64,000 nt of DNA, taken from positions 570 to 64,569 of the forward strand of contig CAZIHL010000002.1 of NCBI GenBank assembly GCA_964538815.1. The letters are read 5' to 3'. How positions within the stretch are numbered: position 1 is the first letter of the stretch; each line of letters opens with the position of its first letter. Shown piece after piece: positions 10,901-20,054 of this stretch. The notes below the pieces were generated by a model. The model saw only the letters and a program-made list of their open reading frames with translations. It was not told the DNA's origin and did not search any database. The translations under genes and the position numbers were made by a program. Origin of the DNA: an uncultured Candidatus Saccharibacteria bacterium. Lineage in GTDB: Bacteria > Patescibacteriota > Minisyncoccia > Phycocordibacterales > UBA5272.

Positions 10901-11293
10901 TTTATCAGTATAGTTTATTTTTACTGATTGAGAATATTCTTTAGTAAACTCTTCTGAGTATTTTGTTAAACTAGTAGTAATAAGAGTTTTTATTTCAGAG
11001 GATGTTAGAAGTATGTCTGAGTCAGAATAAAAATAACATCCAGTATTTGCCTTATTTAATTTATCTATAGTTATAGAGTCATTTACTGGAACAGTATTTA
11101 TGTACACTTGAGTTCCTTTTATTATGTAGTCAATATTTAATTTTGAATTGCCTGCCCCTTCACATTTTTCTCCTGAATGAATATATACAGAAGCTTTAGA
11201 AATATTTATATTAAAAGTAAAAAATAGAATAACGATCCAAAATACTTTTAATATTTTTTTAGAAAAAATATCAGAAAATAAATTTCTTTTCAT
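7904..11293 (-). CDS. VirB6/TrbL-like polytopic membrane protein with N-terminal secreted domain and ~500-aa Asn/Gln/Lys/Glu-rich cytoplasmic tail
   Basis: Signal peptide, ~300-aa ectodomain, at least 6 predicted TM helices in the central region, then a long low-complexity tail with an internal KDKRKEKMIKFINNHFKEN / ENKRKEKIMKSISEFEEKN duplication and a QNQNTNN tract. Confidence 0.6.
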   Translation of the reverse strand: MKRNLFSDIFSKKILKVFWIVILFFTFNINISKASVYIHSGEKCEGAGNSKLNIDYIIKGTQVYINTVPVNDSITIDKLNKANTGCYFYSDSDILLTSSEIKTLITTSLTKYSEEFTKEYSQSVKINYTDKITQIKVNATTTPLIAELTKIIDNTKTYTGMVGATTTSFQSLYNDVLNVEEIYGFDDFKIILVRQRRIYLYKQLKVIQDKYQNLDTETSKIINEMINKSYDGGPWNWSGEEEKLREDEINPTGGVYGKVSRKGRDFPLIINEQNEPIKDPETGGAAQTSTVKQCSPTAGFWDTFIGATNCSIVAYLINMLLQGLNSLFKMILTLSEKLFDWVMGFSVYNFSDLVSNSGAYEVWRKVILALVTSLLLPIVFYYIIRMLIDNDTAQIQKILPKILFTALFVYFSFSIVGFLIDQANVFSIYIYRSLHNPNQSIASSMERLIIGDPSLKSQEIISLGAWDSVPAFGIQVLITGVAIIIFFQAAILIFIRGITLVLCMIFSPVMLLPAGINSYIDKYRDMVIKYFTNATIMAPIFLFLLLIAMKVGDAGSALIQNTSALTTENISGQLTGAAISGVISIIILQLAITTAKNLSGEIGAKVSGKISGTIGSLAFGGASKALRMGAGKVVNSKKFDGWIAKGGTRGRLALKLQDYAQNSTFDARNSKVFQAATKGTFGKGGNTTIDSSFRKRYAKEKHFYDRLNDDAKGKHINNLRSGWTGTSVIFNGNRVADRLESKNKNLSFEEKIDTNNRLAGNFNKINKESDKDKRKEKMIKFINNHFKENGKGEEYFSKELEKPKNSKLKEDFDKIIKDEPDENKRKEKIMKSISEFEEKNKKNQNTNNTTNTQNQQNQNTNNITQNQNTAQNTNNTTQNQNSVPAPSIKNVSAQESLKSRLQFSQAQSKNKEEFEKHNASLGNKIKNNGGVMNQEILDKELADRISNRRKALEEKRGDIETNLKKENKLRKEENQRYTSDQYQKTVLQDLEEKNRSKNQTNNTQKIRENLESISKDIKDLTVTTKDYANTLKNISLINRARTESNSKIDVIKPEENTKPNIVAEIGGNSMQNQSQRALSEMAHNLRMESMPVGRIEPVRTNIKPEKVEKKVNVKSTRKDNLDGNDYINR
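8640..8800 (-). repeat. In-frame ~39-bp imperfect tandem repeat (about 3-4 units) encoding the Asn/Gln/Thr tract of the VirB6-like protein
   Basis: ttttgattttgagtt(g/a)tattatttgtattttg recurs at 8652 and 8691 with further degenerate copies. This corresponds to the QNQNTNNITQNQNTAQNTNNTTQNQN stretch in the protein. Confidence 0.6.
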
Positions 11294-11325
11294 TTTAGTA
11301 TTTTACCATGAGAAAAGGAAAAAAA

Positions 11326-11356
11326 TTAAAAAACCCCAAATCCTGGGGTTTATTTT
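11326..11356. terminator. Intrinsic terminator/attenuator hairpin between the 831-aa secreted protein gene and the VirB6-like gene
   Basis: aaaaaccccaaatcctggggtttattttttt: a CCCCA/TGGGG stem with T-tracts on both strands. Confidence 0.5.
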
Positions 11357-11372
11357 TTTGTTTTATTATTTA

Positions 11373-13868
11373 TTATTCCGGTGAACAGAAGTTTCTACCT
11401 GCATTTATTAAGTCTTGTTTTTGTGTTGCATTTTGACATTGGCGTATGAGAGAAGGATCAGTCGTTAATTGGCAGTCTTTTTCTACGGAAGCTACAACAT
11501 CTACACAATATGCGTCCATTTCTGATTCTGACGGTAATTGCATACTTAATTGTTGTGCATAATTATTTAGTAAGCTTGTCATAACCTCATCATCACATAC
11601 AGTATTTTCAAGTCCTAAAGTATTACAGAATTTTAATTCAGACCAACTTTTTGTATTATCTGGATCTAATACGTTTACTACATTTTTTGTCCCAAGCATT
11701 GGAATTTCTGGAGAAACATCTTCTTGTTTAGACATTCCATATCTTGGGAGTAATGTTGACGATAGAGTATTTTCAGATTTTTTACCAAATAGTTTTGATA
11801 ATGTAAAAGATCTATTGGCACCTTTTTTATAAGTATTCCAAGCCCGCACTCTCAAATAGAATACATTTTGACTAGTAAAAGGTCCTTCTCTCTCATCTTT
11901 TGTTGGTATTAATAGTTTACTATTTCCCGCTTCATCATTATTTGATGAAGTAGGGTCATTATGATAGTCTTGATATCTAGGAGTATAATTCCATATTGAC
12001 AGCATACTAGCATATTCTTTTTGTGTTAATCCTTTACCTAGTACGGATTCTAAAATCTCCTGATTGTCTTCTGTTCGACTGTCTGTGCTTTGGAATTCTT
12101 TTAATAGTTTTTCCATTTGTTGCTGATCATAATTATTTTTAGCCATATCTGTAATAAGATATCTTATGTCTTTGGTTATAGTAATTAAAGCTTCACTAAG
12201 TCCTACTACAGCTTGTTGAGTGTTATTAGCAACCTGTGTTGCTTTTCTCGCTTTTTTACCACCACCAAATAAATTTCCTATAGGATTAAAAATGGATAAG
12301 ATAACAGCATCTCTTTTTGCACTGTCTGCGACCTGGCTTGTAACATCTATAGAGTCGTTTCCTCCACCAATAGCTAGTACTAAGAATGTGTAAGTAAATA
12401 CTTCCTCATTTAGTTTTGTAGTATTTAATACATTTATATCATTATACAATTTAATTCTGTCTTTTAGATCATCTATAGTGTATTTAGTTGTTGTACCATT
12501 ATTATAATCTTGTTGTGCTTGATTTGCATCAGCATATAGTTGAGATTGTGCATTTTGAGAATCCACTATATTTTGTAAATTATTAACAAGTCTTGAATAC
12601 GGATTATCTTCCCTATTTAATGTCATATTAGTATTTTTTGCACCAATATTTAATACTCCTGAAATATTGTTCATGATATTACTAGCAGCACTTAAACATG
12701 AATTAATCAATCCTGTGTTTGTTTGAGTCGTACCCTGACCAGTCCATTTATCATTAGATCCATTATTTTGACATTCTTTCTTTTTATTGTTTATGGCTGA
12801 TGCTCTTGCAAGCATAGAGAAATATGGACCAAGTAGAGAAGCTGCTGTCCTATCTTTTACTACGGTACCACTTTGTTCAGGCACACTATCTTGACTATAA
12901 CAAGCTCTCTCTAAGCTACTACTTGCTGCTGGATCATACTTTACTTTCTTTCCATTTTTATCAAAACATACTTGTTGACCAATTGTTAATTCTGTAGCTT
13001 CTACTTGCTTTGAAGCCATGTCTTCAGCCGTTTGTTTTTTAGAGAGTACTCTTGAAAGAGTTGATGAGATTACTCCACTTGCAGTATTTGCTGGATCGTA
13101 TAGTGCTGCATCTGTTTTTTCTCCTCCATATCCTGCTTTTGCAAGTCCTGTAAAGGTTGCTTGATCTTCAGCAGACATTATAGATACAGCAGAAGAATTA
13201 CATAATTTATCAATATCTACATTTCCAACTGCTGGTTTTGGCTTTGTAAAAGTAGAAGGCTCACCATTTTTAATAATATTTTTTAATTTTGGATCACTAC
13301 ATATTTCATTTCTAGCGATAATAGGAAGATTAAAAGATATAAGCTTTCCAGCCGCAGTATCCGCAACATTTTTTGCAAAGTCCGTGATTTGTTTTTTAAT
13401 TTCTCCAGAATATATTGAAGTATTTTGTGGCTCTTTAAAATCATTAATCGCTTTTTTAATTTCATTTACTCCTGTTTTATCTATATAGTTTTTAAGATTT
13501 GTAATAACTTGATTACCATCAGTGTTTATATTTATACCTATTCCTTGATTGCCGGTCACTACTTTCAAAGCTGTTTCAGCGTAATTCAAAATTTGATCAG
13601 ATCCAATATTTTTTGCGAAAGTTGATAAGTCAAAATTCTTTACAGTTTGAACTACTCCTTTAGCAGACTGGTAAGTATTATATAGAGTCTGTGCTGTTGC
13701 TATATAATCTTTTATATCCATTTGCCCATCCCATATTTTTTTAGCTGTATCTTGTCCAAAGATTAAAGGTGTAAAAGGATCAACAGCATAAGTTTTTTCT
13801 ACTTTTATTATAAGAATAAGAATAAAAGTAGTAACTAAAATTATTTTTTTGAAATTATTTATTTTCAT
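11373..13868 (-). CDS. Large secreted protein (831 aa), unknown; possible surface or pilus-associated component of the cluster
   Basis: Signal peptide LVTTFILILIIKVEKTYA. Gln/Asn/Thr-rich with scattered Cys. Followed by a terminator hairpin, which suggests higher expression than the downstream genes. Confidence 0.5.
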   Translation of the reverse strand: MKINNFKKIILVTTFILILIIKVEKTYAVDPFTPLIFGQDTAKKIWDGQMDIKDYIATAQTLYNTYQSAKGVVQTVKNFDLSTFAKNIGSDQILNYAETALKVVTGNQGIGININTDGNQVITNLKNYIDKTGVNEIKKAINDFKEPQNTSIYSGEIKKQITDFAKNVADTAAGKLISFNLPIIARNEICSDPKLKNIIKNGEPSTFTKPKPAVGNVDIDKLCNSSAVSIMSAEDQATFTGLAKAGYGGEKTDAALYDPANTASGVISSTLSRVLSKKQTAEDMASKQVEATELTIGQQVCFDKNGKKVKYDPAASSSLERACYSQDSVPEQSGTVVKDRTAASLLGPYFSMLARASAINNKKKECQNNGSNDKWTGQGTTQTNTGLINSCLSAASNIMNNISGVLNIGAKNTNMTLNREDNPYSRLVNNLQNIVDSQNAQSQLYADANQAQQDYNNGTTTKYTIDDLKDRIKLYNDINVLNTTKLNEEVFTYTFLVLAIGGGNDSIDVTSQVADSAKRDAVILSIFNPIGNLFGGGKKARKATQVANNTQQAVVGLSEALITITKDIRYLITDMAKNNYDQQQMEKLLKEFQSTDSRTEDNQEILESVLGKGLTQKEYASMLSIWNYTPRYQDYHNDPTSSNNDEAGNSKLLIPTKDEREGPFTSQNVFYLRVRAWNTYKKGANRSFTLSKLFGKKSENTLSSTLLPRYGMSKQEDVSPEIPMLGTKNVVNVLDPDNTKSWSELKFCNTLGLENTVCDDEVMTSLLNNYAQQLSMQLPSESEMDAYCVDVVASVEKDCQLTTDPSLIRQCQNATQKQDLINAGRNFCSPE

Positions 13869-13887
13869 ATATTTTTAAATTAAAGAA

Positions 13888-14745
13888 TTATAATCCAGAA
13901 CTTCTAAAATAATTGTTAAAAGAGTCAATTATACTAGATATATCACTATCAAATTTTTGTTCAAAACTTTCTCCATTATTTAAAACATATTTAGCAGGAT
14001 CTGTGTCTATATAAAGTAAAGATTTTATATAGACATTTTGTTGCGATATAAGATTAATAAGTTGGAGCTGATATGTGGCACCAGTACTTGTAGTTGGTAT
14101 AGAAATAAGATCGTTTATAAAAGAATTATTTATGGCTATCTTTTTTAATGCGTTAGATGTTATGGCCGCTTTCATACTTACAATATTTTCTTCAGAAGGA
14201 TTGCTAGAATATTGTGAGATATCTGTGAGATTCAAATTTTGAATAGATTTTTTATAGTTTGTAAGTGCTCTATTTATATCGGTATAATATTCTCTTATAG
14301 ATTCTAAATCATCATTTCTAATGACATTTAAATCTTTTTCTGTGTATATTTTACCTTTGGCTTGTTTTTGATATTCTAAAATTATATTTGCCAATATTTG
14401 TCCTTTGGCAGTAGGATCTGTTAAACCATTTTGGTCAAGGAACATATTAGTTAATAGTAGTGATTGAGAAAGATCTTGAGTTAAATTATGGTCTATACTA
14501 TTTGTATAGTCTACAGAACCAATATCTCCATCTTCACTCAAGTCTAACCCATAATCAGCGGCAATTTGGTCTATATTAAGATAAAATTTTCCATCTTTGT
14601 GGACACTTCCATACTTACTTGGTCCTGTGACATTAATAAGTATTGCAATAAGTACAGCCATTACACCTATTGCGTATAGGTAAGTTTTTAAACTTACATT
14701 GGATAAGACTTCTCGCAATCTTGTCCAAATATTTTCATTTTCCAT
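13888..14745 (-). CDS. Bitopic membrane protein (N-terminal TM, extracytoplasmic domain), first gene of the operon; VirB8-like topology, by inference only
   Basis: TM helix LYAIGVMAVLIAILINV near the N-terminus and a 285-aa size. No motif recognized. Confidence 0.4.
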   Translation of the reverse strand: MENENIWTRLREVLSNVSLKTYLYAIGVMAVLIAILINVTGPSKYGSVHKDGKFYLNIDQIAADYGLDLSEDGDIGSVDYTNSIDHNLTQDLSQSLLLTNMFLDQNGLTDPTAKGQILANIILEYQKQAKGKIYTEKDLNVIRNDDLESIREYYTDINRALTNYKKSIQNLNLTDISQYSSNPSEENIVSMKAAITSNALKKIAINNSFINDLISIPTTSTGATYQLQLINLISQQNVYIKSLLYIDTDPAKYVLNNGESFEQKFDSDISSIIDSFNNYFRSSGL

Positions 14746-14828
14746 ATTTATAAATTATGATTTAAATACCAAAACAAACTATTAATATAGCTATATTTTA
14801 TCACGGATATGTTTATAAATATTTTATT

Positions 14829-15617
14829 TTAGGTGTTTTCCACAATTTTTAAGAAATCTTCGGTGTTAAGATTTTCCGCACGAATCTTTTTATCTATTTT
14901 TAATTTTTCAAAAATTCTTTCAAAATCTATATCTTTAATTTCATTTTTTAAATTACTTAGCATCACTTTTCTTTTGTGAGCAAATGCTGTTTTTACAATT
15001 TTGAAATATTTTTCTTCTATTTTTTCTTCTATTTTTTGATTTTTGATATCAATTAGTAGTACCGCACTATCAACTTTTGGTTTTGGGAAAAAACTTCCAG
15101 CAGAAACTTTGTAAATAAGCTTTGGATTACCGTATAATTTTACAGCAAGGGAAAGGATAGATTCTTTTTTATCTTTTGCTACAATCCTTTCCGCCACCTC
15201 TTTTTGTACTAAAAGAACCATTTTTGAAGGTTTTTTATTGAGTGAAAGGAATTTTTCAATAATTGCTCCGGTAATATAGTAAGGAATATTTGCTATTAAT
15301 TTATAGTCTTTATCTTTTATTTCTTTCTTTAAAAATTTATCAATGTCAATGTTTAAAATATCTTCTTCTATTAAATTAAATTTTTTATTTTTTATTTCTT
15401 TTTTAAATTTTTCTTTTAAAAACGGGATTAATTCTCTATCTTTTTCAATCGCTATAAGTCTTGCTCCTGTTTCTAAAATTTTTTCAGTCAAAGCTCCTTT
15501 TCCTGGTCCAATTTCTAGTATAATATCTTCTTTTTGAATATCTCCAGCTTGAATTATTTCAAAAACAGCTTTTCCACTTGTTAGGAAGTTTTGCCCGAGG
15601 GATTTTTTAGGTTTCAT
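14829..15617 (-). CDS. rsmA: 16S rRNA (adenine1518/1519-N6)-dimethyltransferase
   Basis: SLGQNFL and EIGPGKGALT signature motifs of KsgA/RsmA. Confidence 0.9.
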   Translation of the reverse strand: MKPKKSLGQNFLTSGKAVFEIIQAGDIQKEDIILEIGPGKGALTEKILETGARLIAIEKDRELIPFLKEKFKKEIKNKKFNLIEEDILNIDIDKFLKKEIKDKDYKLIANIPYYITGAIIEKFLSLNKKPSKMVLLVQKEVAERIVAKDKKESILSLAVKLYGNPKLIYKVSAGSFFPKPKVDSAVLLIDIKNQKIEEKIEEKYFKIVKTAFAHKRKVMLSNLKNEIKDIDFERIFEKLKIDKKIRAENLNTEDFLKIVENT

Positions 15618-15794
15618 GAGGGTATTGTAGCATTAAAGCAGAAAACTTTGAAAATTTAAAAGTAAAATAGATTGACATTAAAAACAAATAAATGTTTTTG
15701 AGAACTGACGACGCTCAGCAGAGTCTAGGAAGTTTGAAAAAATATTTTTTGTTTTTTAGAAAACTTTTGGAAACTTTGAAAGTTTAACAAAAAA

Positions 15795-15830
15795 TACTGG
15801 GTAGCGCCGAAGGCGCTACCCAGTATTTTA
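15795..15830 (-). terminator. Rho-independent terminator downstream of uvrD; member of the CCGAAGG-apex hairpin family
   Basis: tactgggtagcgccgaaggcgctacccagta followed by a T-tract on the minus strand. Confidence 0.6.
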
Positions 15831-17846
15831 GAATTCCAAGAAATCTTCATCCTCATATTCATCATCTCCAAAATCCCAAACCCTTTTTTTCTTTTGGTTA
15901 GTCTCTTCTCCGGCATCACCATAATATATATCGTGATAAATTATCTTTTCTGCTGGAAGTTCATTTATATCTTCTAAAAATTCACTTGGAATATTTATTT
16001 TCTTCTCTCCATAAATAGTTCTCATCTCGGCATAACAAAGGAAAAGTTTTTTCTTGGCACGAGTTACGGCTACATAAAAAAGTCTTCTCTCTTCTTCTGA
16101 CTCCTCAAGAGACTTTTTACTATTTCCAATATCAATATGTGGAAATAAATCTTCTTCAAGTCCTACAATAAATACATAATCAAACTCTAATCCTTTTGCT
16201 GAATGAATTGTCATCAATCTTACTCCATTTTTTGATTCATCATTATCATCCTGATCACTTTTTAAAGAAGTTTCATCTATAAAAATTTCATAAGCTTCAC
16301 TTGCTTTTAAATTATCAAACTTTTTAGTTATAGATACTAATTCACGTATATTTTCTAGTCTTTCTTTGTCCTCAGTGCTTCCATTTAAAAGTTCTTGCTC
16401 AATCCCAGAATCCACAATTATCATTGTCATAATTTCTGAAAGTTTATTATCACTATAATCAATTTCATTTTGAATTTTATCTAAAAATTCATATACATTT
16501 TGAATTTTTTGTCTAGTAGATGCGGAGATTGTTTCTTCTTCGCCTGCAAAAACTTTCATAATACTTGCTTTACCAATTCCTCTTTTTGGAGTTTCAAAGA
16601 CTCTTTTTAAGTCTCCAAGATTTGCTCTATTTTTACTTACTCTCAAATAACTCATTACATCTTTAATTTCTTTTCTTTCAAAGAATTTTGTCCCAAGCAA
16701 ATTGTATGGAATATTAGCTTTTATAAAAGCTTCTTCTAAAATACGTGATTGGAAATTTGTTCTATAAAGTACTGCAAAGTTTTTTAAATCTTCTCCTTTC
16801 TCTCTTACAATTTCTTTTATTTTTTTAGTAATAAAATCACCTTCTCTTCTTTCATCAAAAGTAGGACAAATCTCTATCTCTTCCCCTTCATTTTGATTGG
16901 TAAATAAATTTTTAGGAAAACGAGCTTTGTTTTTAGCTATAGAAATATTAGCTAAATTTAAAATATTTTGTGTTGAACGATAATTTTCTTCAAGCAAAAT
17001 TGTCTTTCCATTTGGAAAATCTTTTTCAAAATTTAAAATATTTTTAAGATTTGCTCCGCGCCAAGAATAAATATTTTGATCAATATCTCCTACCACACAA
17101 ACATTTCTATTTTCAGAGTCTATAAGGCATTTTATAAGTTCATATTGTGAATTGTTAGTATCCTGATACTCATCAATATGAATATATTTAAATTTATCTT
17201 CATAATACTTTTTAATATTTTCATTTTTTAGAAGTTCAATAGTTTTAATGATTAAGTCATCGAAATCTACCGCACATCTTTTTTTTAGTTCAGCATCATA
17301 ATTCCTCCAAACTTTTTCAATAACTTCCATGTTATAGCTAGAAATTTTCTTAGCATAATCTTCCACTGTATTATCAGAAGATTTTTCACGACTTATTGCA
17401 TTTTTAATCTTACTTGCATCGTGGAGTTTTGGGTCAAGTGATAAATTTGTAAGTATTTCTTTAATTATATTGTTTGCATCACTTGGATCTAATACTGTTA
17501 AATTTTTATTAAAGCCAAGACCATGTCCATGTTCACGAAGTATTGAAAGACCAAGTGAGTGAAAAGTTTTAATAGTCGGAAGGTTTCTATTTGTCCAAAT
17601 ATTTTTTTCATATTCTTCTATTAATCCCTCATCACTCATACGAGAAATTATTCTTTCAAGCATTTCTTTAGCGGCCTTATTTGTAAAAGTTACACATAAA
17701 ATATTTCTTGGTTCCACACCACTTTTTATAATATTTACTACTCTTTCAGTAATTGTTTTAGTTTTACCAGCTCCTGCTCCAGCTAAAATTAAAAGCGGCC
17801 CACTTATAGTATTGACCGCTTCTAATTGTTTTTCATTTAAATTCAT
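15828..17846 (-). CDS. pcrA: ATP-dependent DNA helicase UvrD/PcrA family
   Basis: N-terminal LNEKQLEAVNTISGPLLILAGAGAGKTKTITERV (helicase motif I) and a 672-aa UvrD-like architecture. Confidence 0.85.
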   Translation of the reverse strand: MNLNEKQLEAVNTISGPLLILAGAGAGKTKTITERVVNIIKSGVEPRNILCVTFTNKAAKEMLERIISRMSDEGLIEEYEKNIWTNRNLPTIKTFHSLGLSILREHGHGLGFNKNLTVLDPSDANNIIKEILTNLSLDPKLHDASKIKNAISREKSSDNTVEDYAKKISSYNMEVIEKVWRNYDAELKKRCAVDFDDLIIKTIELLKNENIKKYYEDKFKYIHIDEYQDTNNSQYELIKCLIDSENRNVCVVGDIDQNIYSWRGANLKNILNFEKDFPNGKTILLEENYRSTQNILNLANISIAKNKARFPKNLFTNQNEGEEIEICPTFDERREGDFITKKIKEIVREKGEDLKNFAVLYRTNFQSRILEEAFIKANIPYNLLGTKFFERKEIKDVMSYLRVSKNRANLGDLKRVFETPKRGIGKASIMKVFAGEEETISASTRQKIQNVYEFLDKIQNEIDYSDNKLSEIMTMIIVDSGIEQELLNGSTEDKERLENIRELVSITKKFDNLKASEAYEIFIDETSLKSDQDDNDESKNGVRLMTIHSAKGLEFDYVFIVGLEEDLFPHIDIGNSKKSLEESEEERRLFYVAVTRAKKKLFLCYAEMRTIYGEKKINIPSEFLEDINELPAEKIIYHDIYYGDAGEETNQKKKRVWDFGDDEYEDEDFLEF

Positions 17847-17866
17847 TTTTTTATTTTAACATATTT

Positions 17867-18808
17867 TTATTTTTCTTGAATATATTTTTTTAAATAGCAC
17901 TTTTTTAAGTAATCTCCAATATTTTCTTCTTCATTTGGTTCTATATTTAATTCATTTTTCAAATTATTCAATATTTCTTCTATTTTATCTTTATCTTCTA
18001 TATCTAAATCTGTATATTCTTCTCTATTTTTTAAAAAATCTTTAGTGTTTAAATTTTTAATCGATGTTATAAAAGTATTTTTCTTAAATAAAAATCCACT
18101 TTTTTCAAATTTTGGTAAAATAGCTTTTATTTTTTCATTTATATAATTTACTTTTTTTGTATACAAAGGATCATCTTCTGAAAGGGTAGAAGAAAAATCA
18201 GTATCAATTATTTCTTTATCTTCTTTTTCTTTTAAAGTGTCAGGAGACTCTTGATTTAAATCTATACTTTTTTCTTCTTTTTGTTTTTTTTCATTTGTTA
18301 AACTAGTTTTTTTCTCATCTTTTTTTATAGTTTCGATTTTGAAAATTGGTTCATTGTCAGTACTTTTATATTCATTTGTATTTTTGTCTATTTTTTCTTC
18401 TAAAGATTTTGAAAAATAGTCTAAATTTTCTACTTTTGTTTCAATTTCAGAAATTAAAATATTTAACTCTTGTAATTTTATATCCAATTCTTTGCCTATA
18501 GCACGTCCTAAAAAATCTACGTTTTCTTTTACTTTATAATCCAAAGTATTGTTAACATTATCAAGTATCCTATTTTCTAGGTTAGAAAATTCAGTAGAAA
18601 TTTCATGACTAGCAACTTCTGCAAATTTTTTAATTTCTTCTCCAACAATTTTTTTACTTATATTTGTGATCTTCTGACGAAGAAGAGTGTCGCTAGATCC
18701 TTTATTTTCATTTGTAGAAAAGGCTAAAATGTTAGCTCTAGTTTTTTCTATACCATGAATATTATTTTTTATATATGGGTTGTGAGAATCTAAATAATTA
18801 TCCTTCAT
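17867..18808 (-). CDS. Hypothetical Lys/Glu-rich protein
   Basis: 313-aa ORF with no recognizable motif. Confidence 0.4.
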   Translation of the reverse strand: MKDNYLDSHNPYIKNNIHGIEKTRANILAFSTNENKGSSDTLLRQKITNISKKIVGEEIKKFAEVASHEISTEFSNLENRILDNVNNTLDYKVKENVDFLGRAIGKELDIKLQELNILISEIETKVENLDYFSKSLEEKIDKNTNEYKSTDNEPIFKIETIKKDEKKTSLTNEKKQKEEKSIDLNQESPDTLKEKEDKEIIDTDFSSTLSEDDPLYTKKVNYINEKIKAILPKFEKSGFLFKKNTFITSIKNLNTKDFLKNREEYTDLDIEDKDKIEEILNNLKNELNIEPNEEENIGDYLKKCYLKKYIQEK

Positions 18809-18986
18809 ATGTAAAATTATAACATATTTATTTTTTATATTTCTATTTAATTAAAATTAAAAATGTTAATAATTTTTTGTCTTTTAATATATGAATAAAT
18901 ATGTTATAATAAATCATAAATAAAAATCTTAATATTTACAGAAATAATTCTACCCCAGATGAGAAAATAAGAATTATTTAATTATT

Positions 18987-20021
18987 ATGAAAATTACACA
19001 TACAGCAAAAAGAAATATTTTCAATTTATTTCTTTTTATATTTATAGTTTCAGGAATTCTTGGTATTACAAGAGCTAATGCTTCTATTTTTGATAAAATC
19101 TTAAGTTTGTTTACTAAAAATGCTTCGGCCAATGCAAAAGAAATAAAAAGTATTTTAACAAATGATAATTTATTAAAACCAAATCCAAATAATATTTCTA
19201 CAGAAGAAAATGATTCTGAGAGACTTACTTTAAATAATGATGGAACAATATCTGTGCAATCTGGAACAATGAGAATTTCAACTGAAAAGGAAAAAATAAC
19301 AGACGGCACTATTAGTTTATATGAAGTAAAAGATGGAGACACATTAGACAGTGTAGCTAAACTTTTTGGTGTTACAAAAAATACTATAGTCTGGGCAAAT
19401 AGTTTAAAGGATAAAAATATTAAATCGGGAGACACTCTTCTTATCTTCCCTATGGTTGGTGTTGAATATACTGTAAAAAGCGGTGGAACTCTTCAAGATG
19501 TTGCTGATAAATATAAAGCAGATGTGGTGGAAATAGCTGAGTATAATGGTATATCAGTGAATGCAAAACTTGCAAAAGGAGATACTCTTTTTATACCAAA
19601 TGCAGAATTAGAAGTAAAAGCGGAAACAACTAAAACAAGTACAAAGGTTGCTATAAAAAAGAATGCAACATCTGGATACTTTATGATGCCAGTATCAGGA
19701 TGTGTGAAAACACAAGGTCTTCATGGGCCATATGGTACAGCAGTAGATATTGGTTGCCATATCGGTACTACAGTTGTAGCTGCTGCAGAGGGAACAATTA
19801 TTAAGGCGGCAAGCTCTGGATATAATGGAGGATATGGAAATGTAATTATTATTTCTCATTCAAATGGAACCCAATCAATTTATGCTCATCTTTCGACTGT
19901 TGGAGTCCAGGTTGGACAAAAAGTAAAACAAGGACAAGTTATAGGTACAACAGGAAATACAGGTAAATCATCTGGACCGCATCTACATTTTGAAACTCGT
20001 GGTACAGGGAATCCATTTTAA
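18987..20021 (+). CDS. LysM-domain M23 family peptidoglycan endopeptidase
   Basis: Two LysM repeats (GDTLDSVAKLFGVTKNTIVWAN; GGTLQDVADKYKADVVEIAEYN) and a C-terminal M23 motif GNTGKSSGPHLHFETR. N-terminal signal/TM. Confidence 0.85.
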   Translation: MKITHTAKRNIFNLFLFIFIVSGILGITRANASIFDKILSLFTKNASANAKEIKSILTNDNLLKPNPNNISTEENDSERLTLNNDGTISVQSGTMRISTEKEKITDGTISLYEVKDGDTLDSVAKLFGVTKNTIVWANSLKDKNIKSGDTLLIFPMVGVEYTVKSGGTLQDVADKYKADVVEIAEYNGISVNAKLAKGDTLFIPNAELEVKAETTKTSTKVAIKKNATSGYFMMPVSGCVKTQGLHGPYGTAVDIGCHIGTTVVAAAEGTIIKAASSGYNGGYGNVIIISHSNGTQSIYAHLSTVGVQVGQKVKQGQVIGTTGNTGKSSGPHLHFETRGTGNPF

Positions 20022-20054
20022 AAGATGAAAATACCGAATAGGTTTTATTTTTGA

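Noticed and set aside
15725-15922. 65-aa minus-strand ORF
   Set aside because: It overlaps the uvrD 3' end and the terminator hairpin. It is a spurious readthrough frame.
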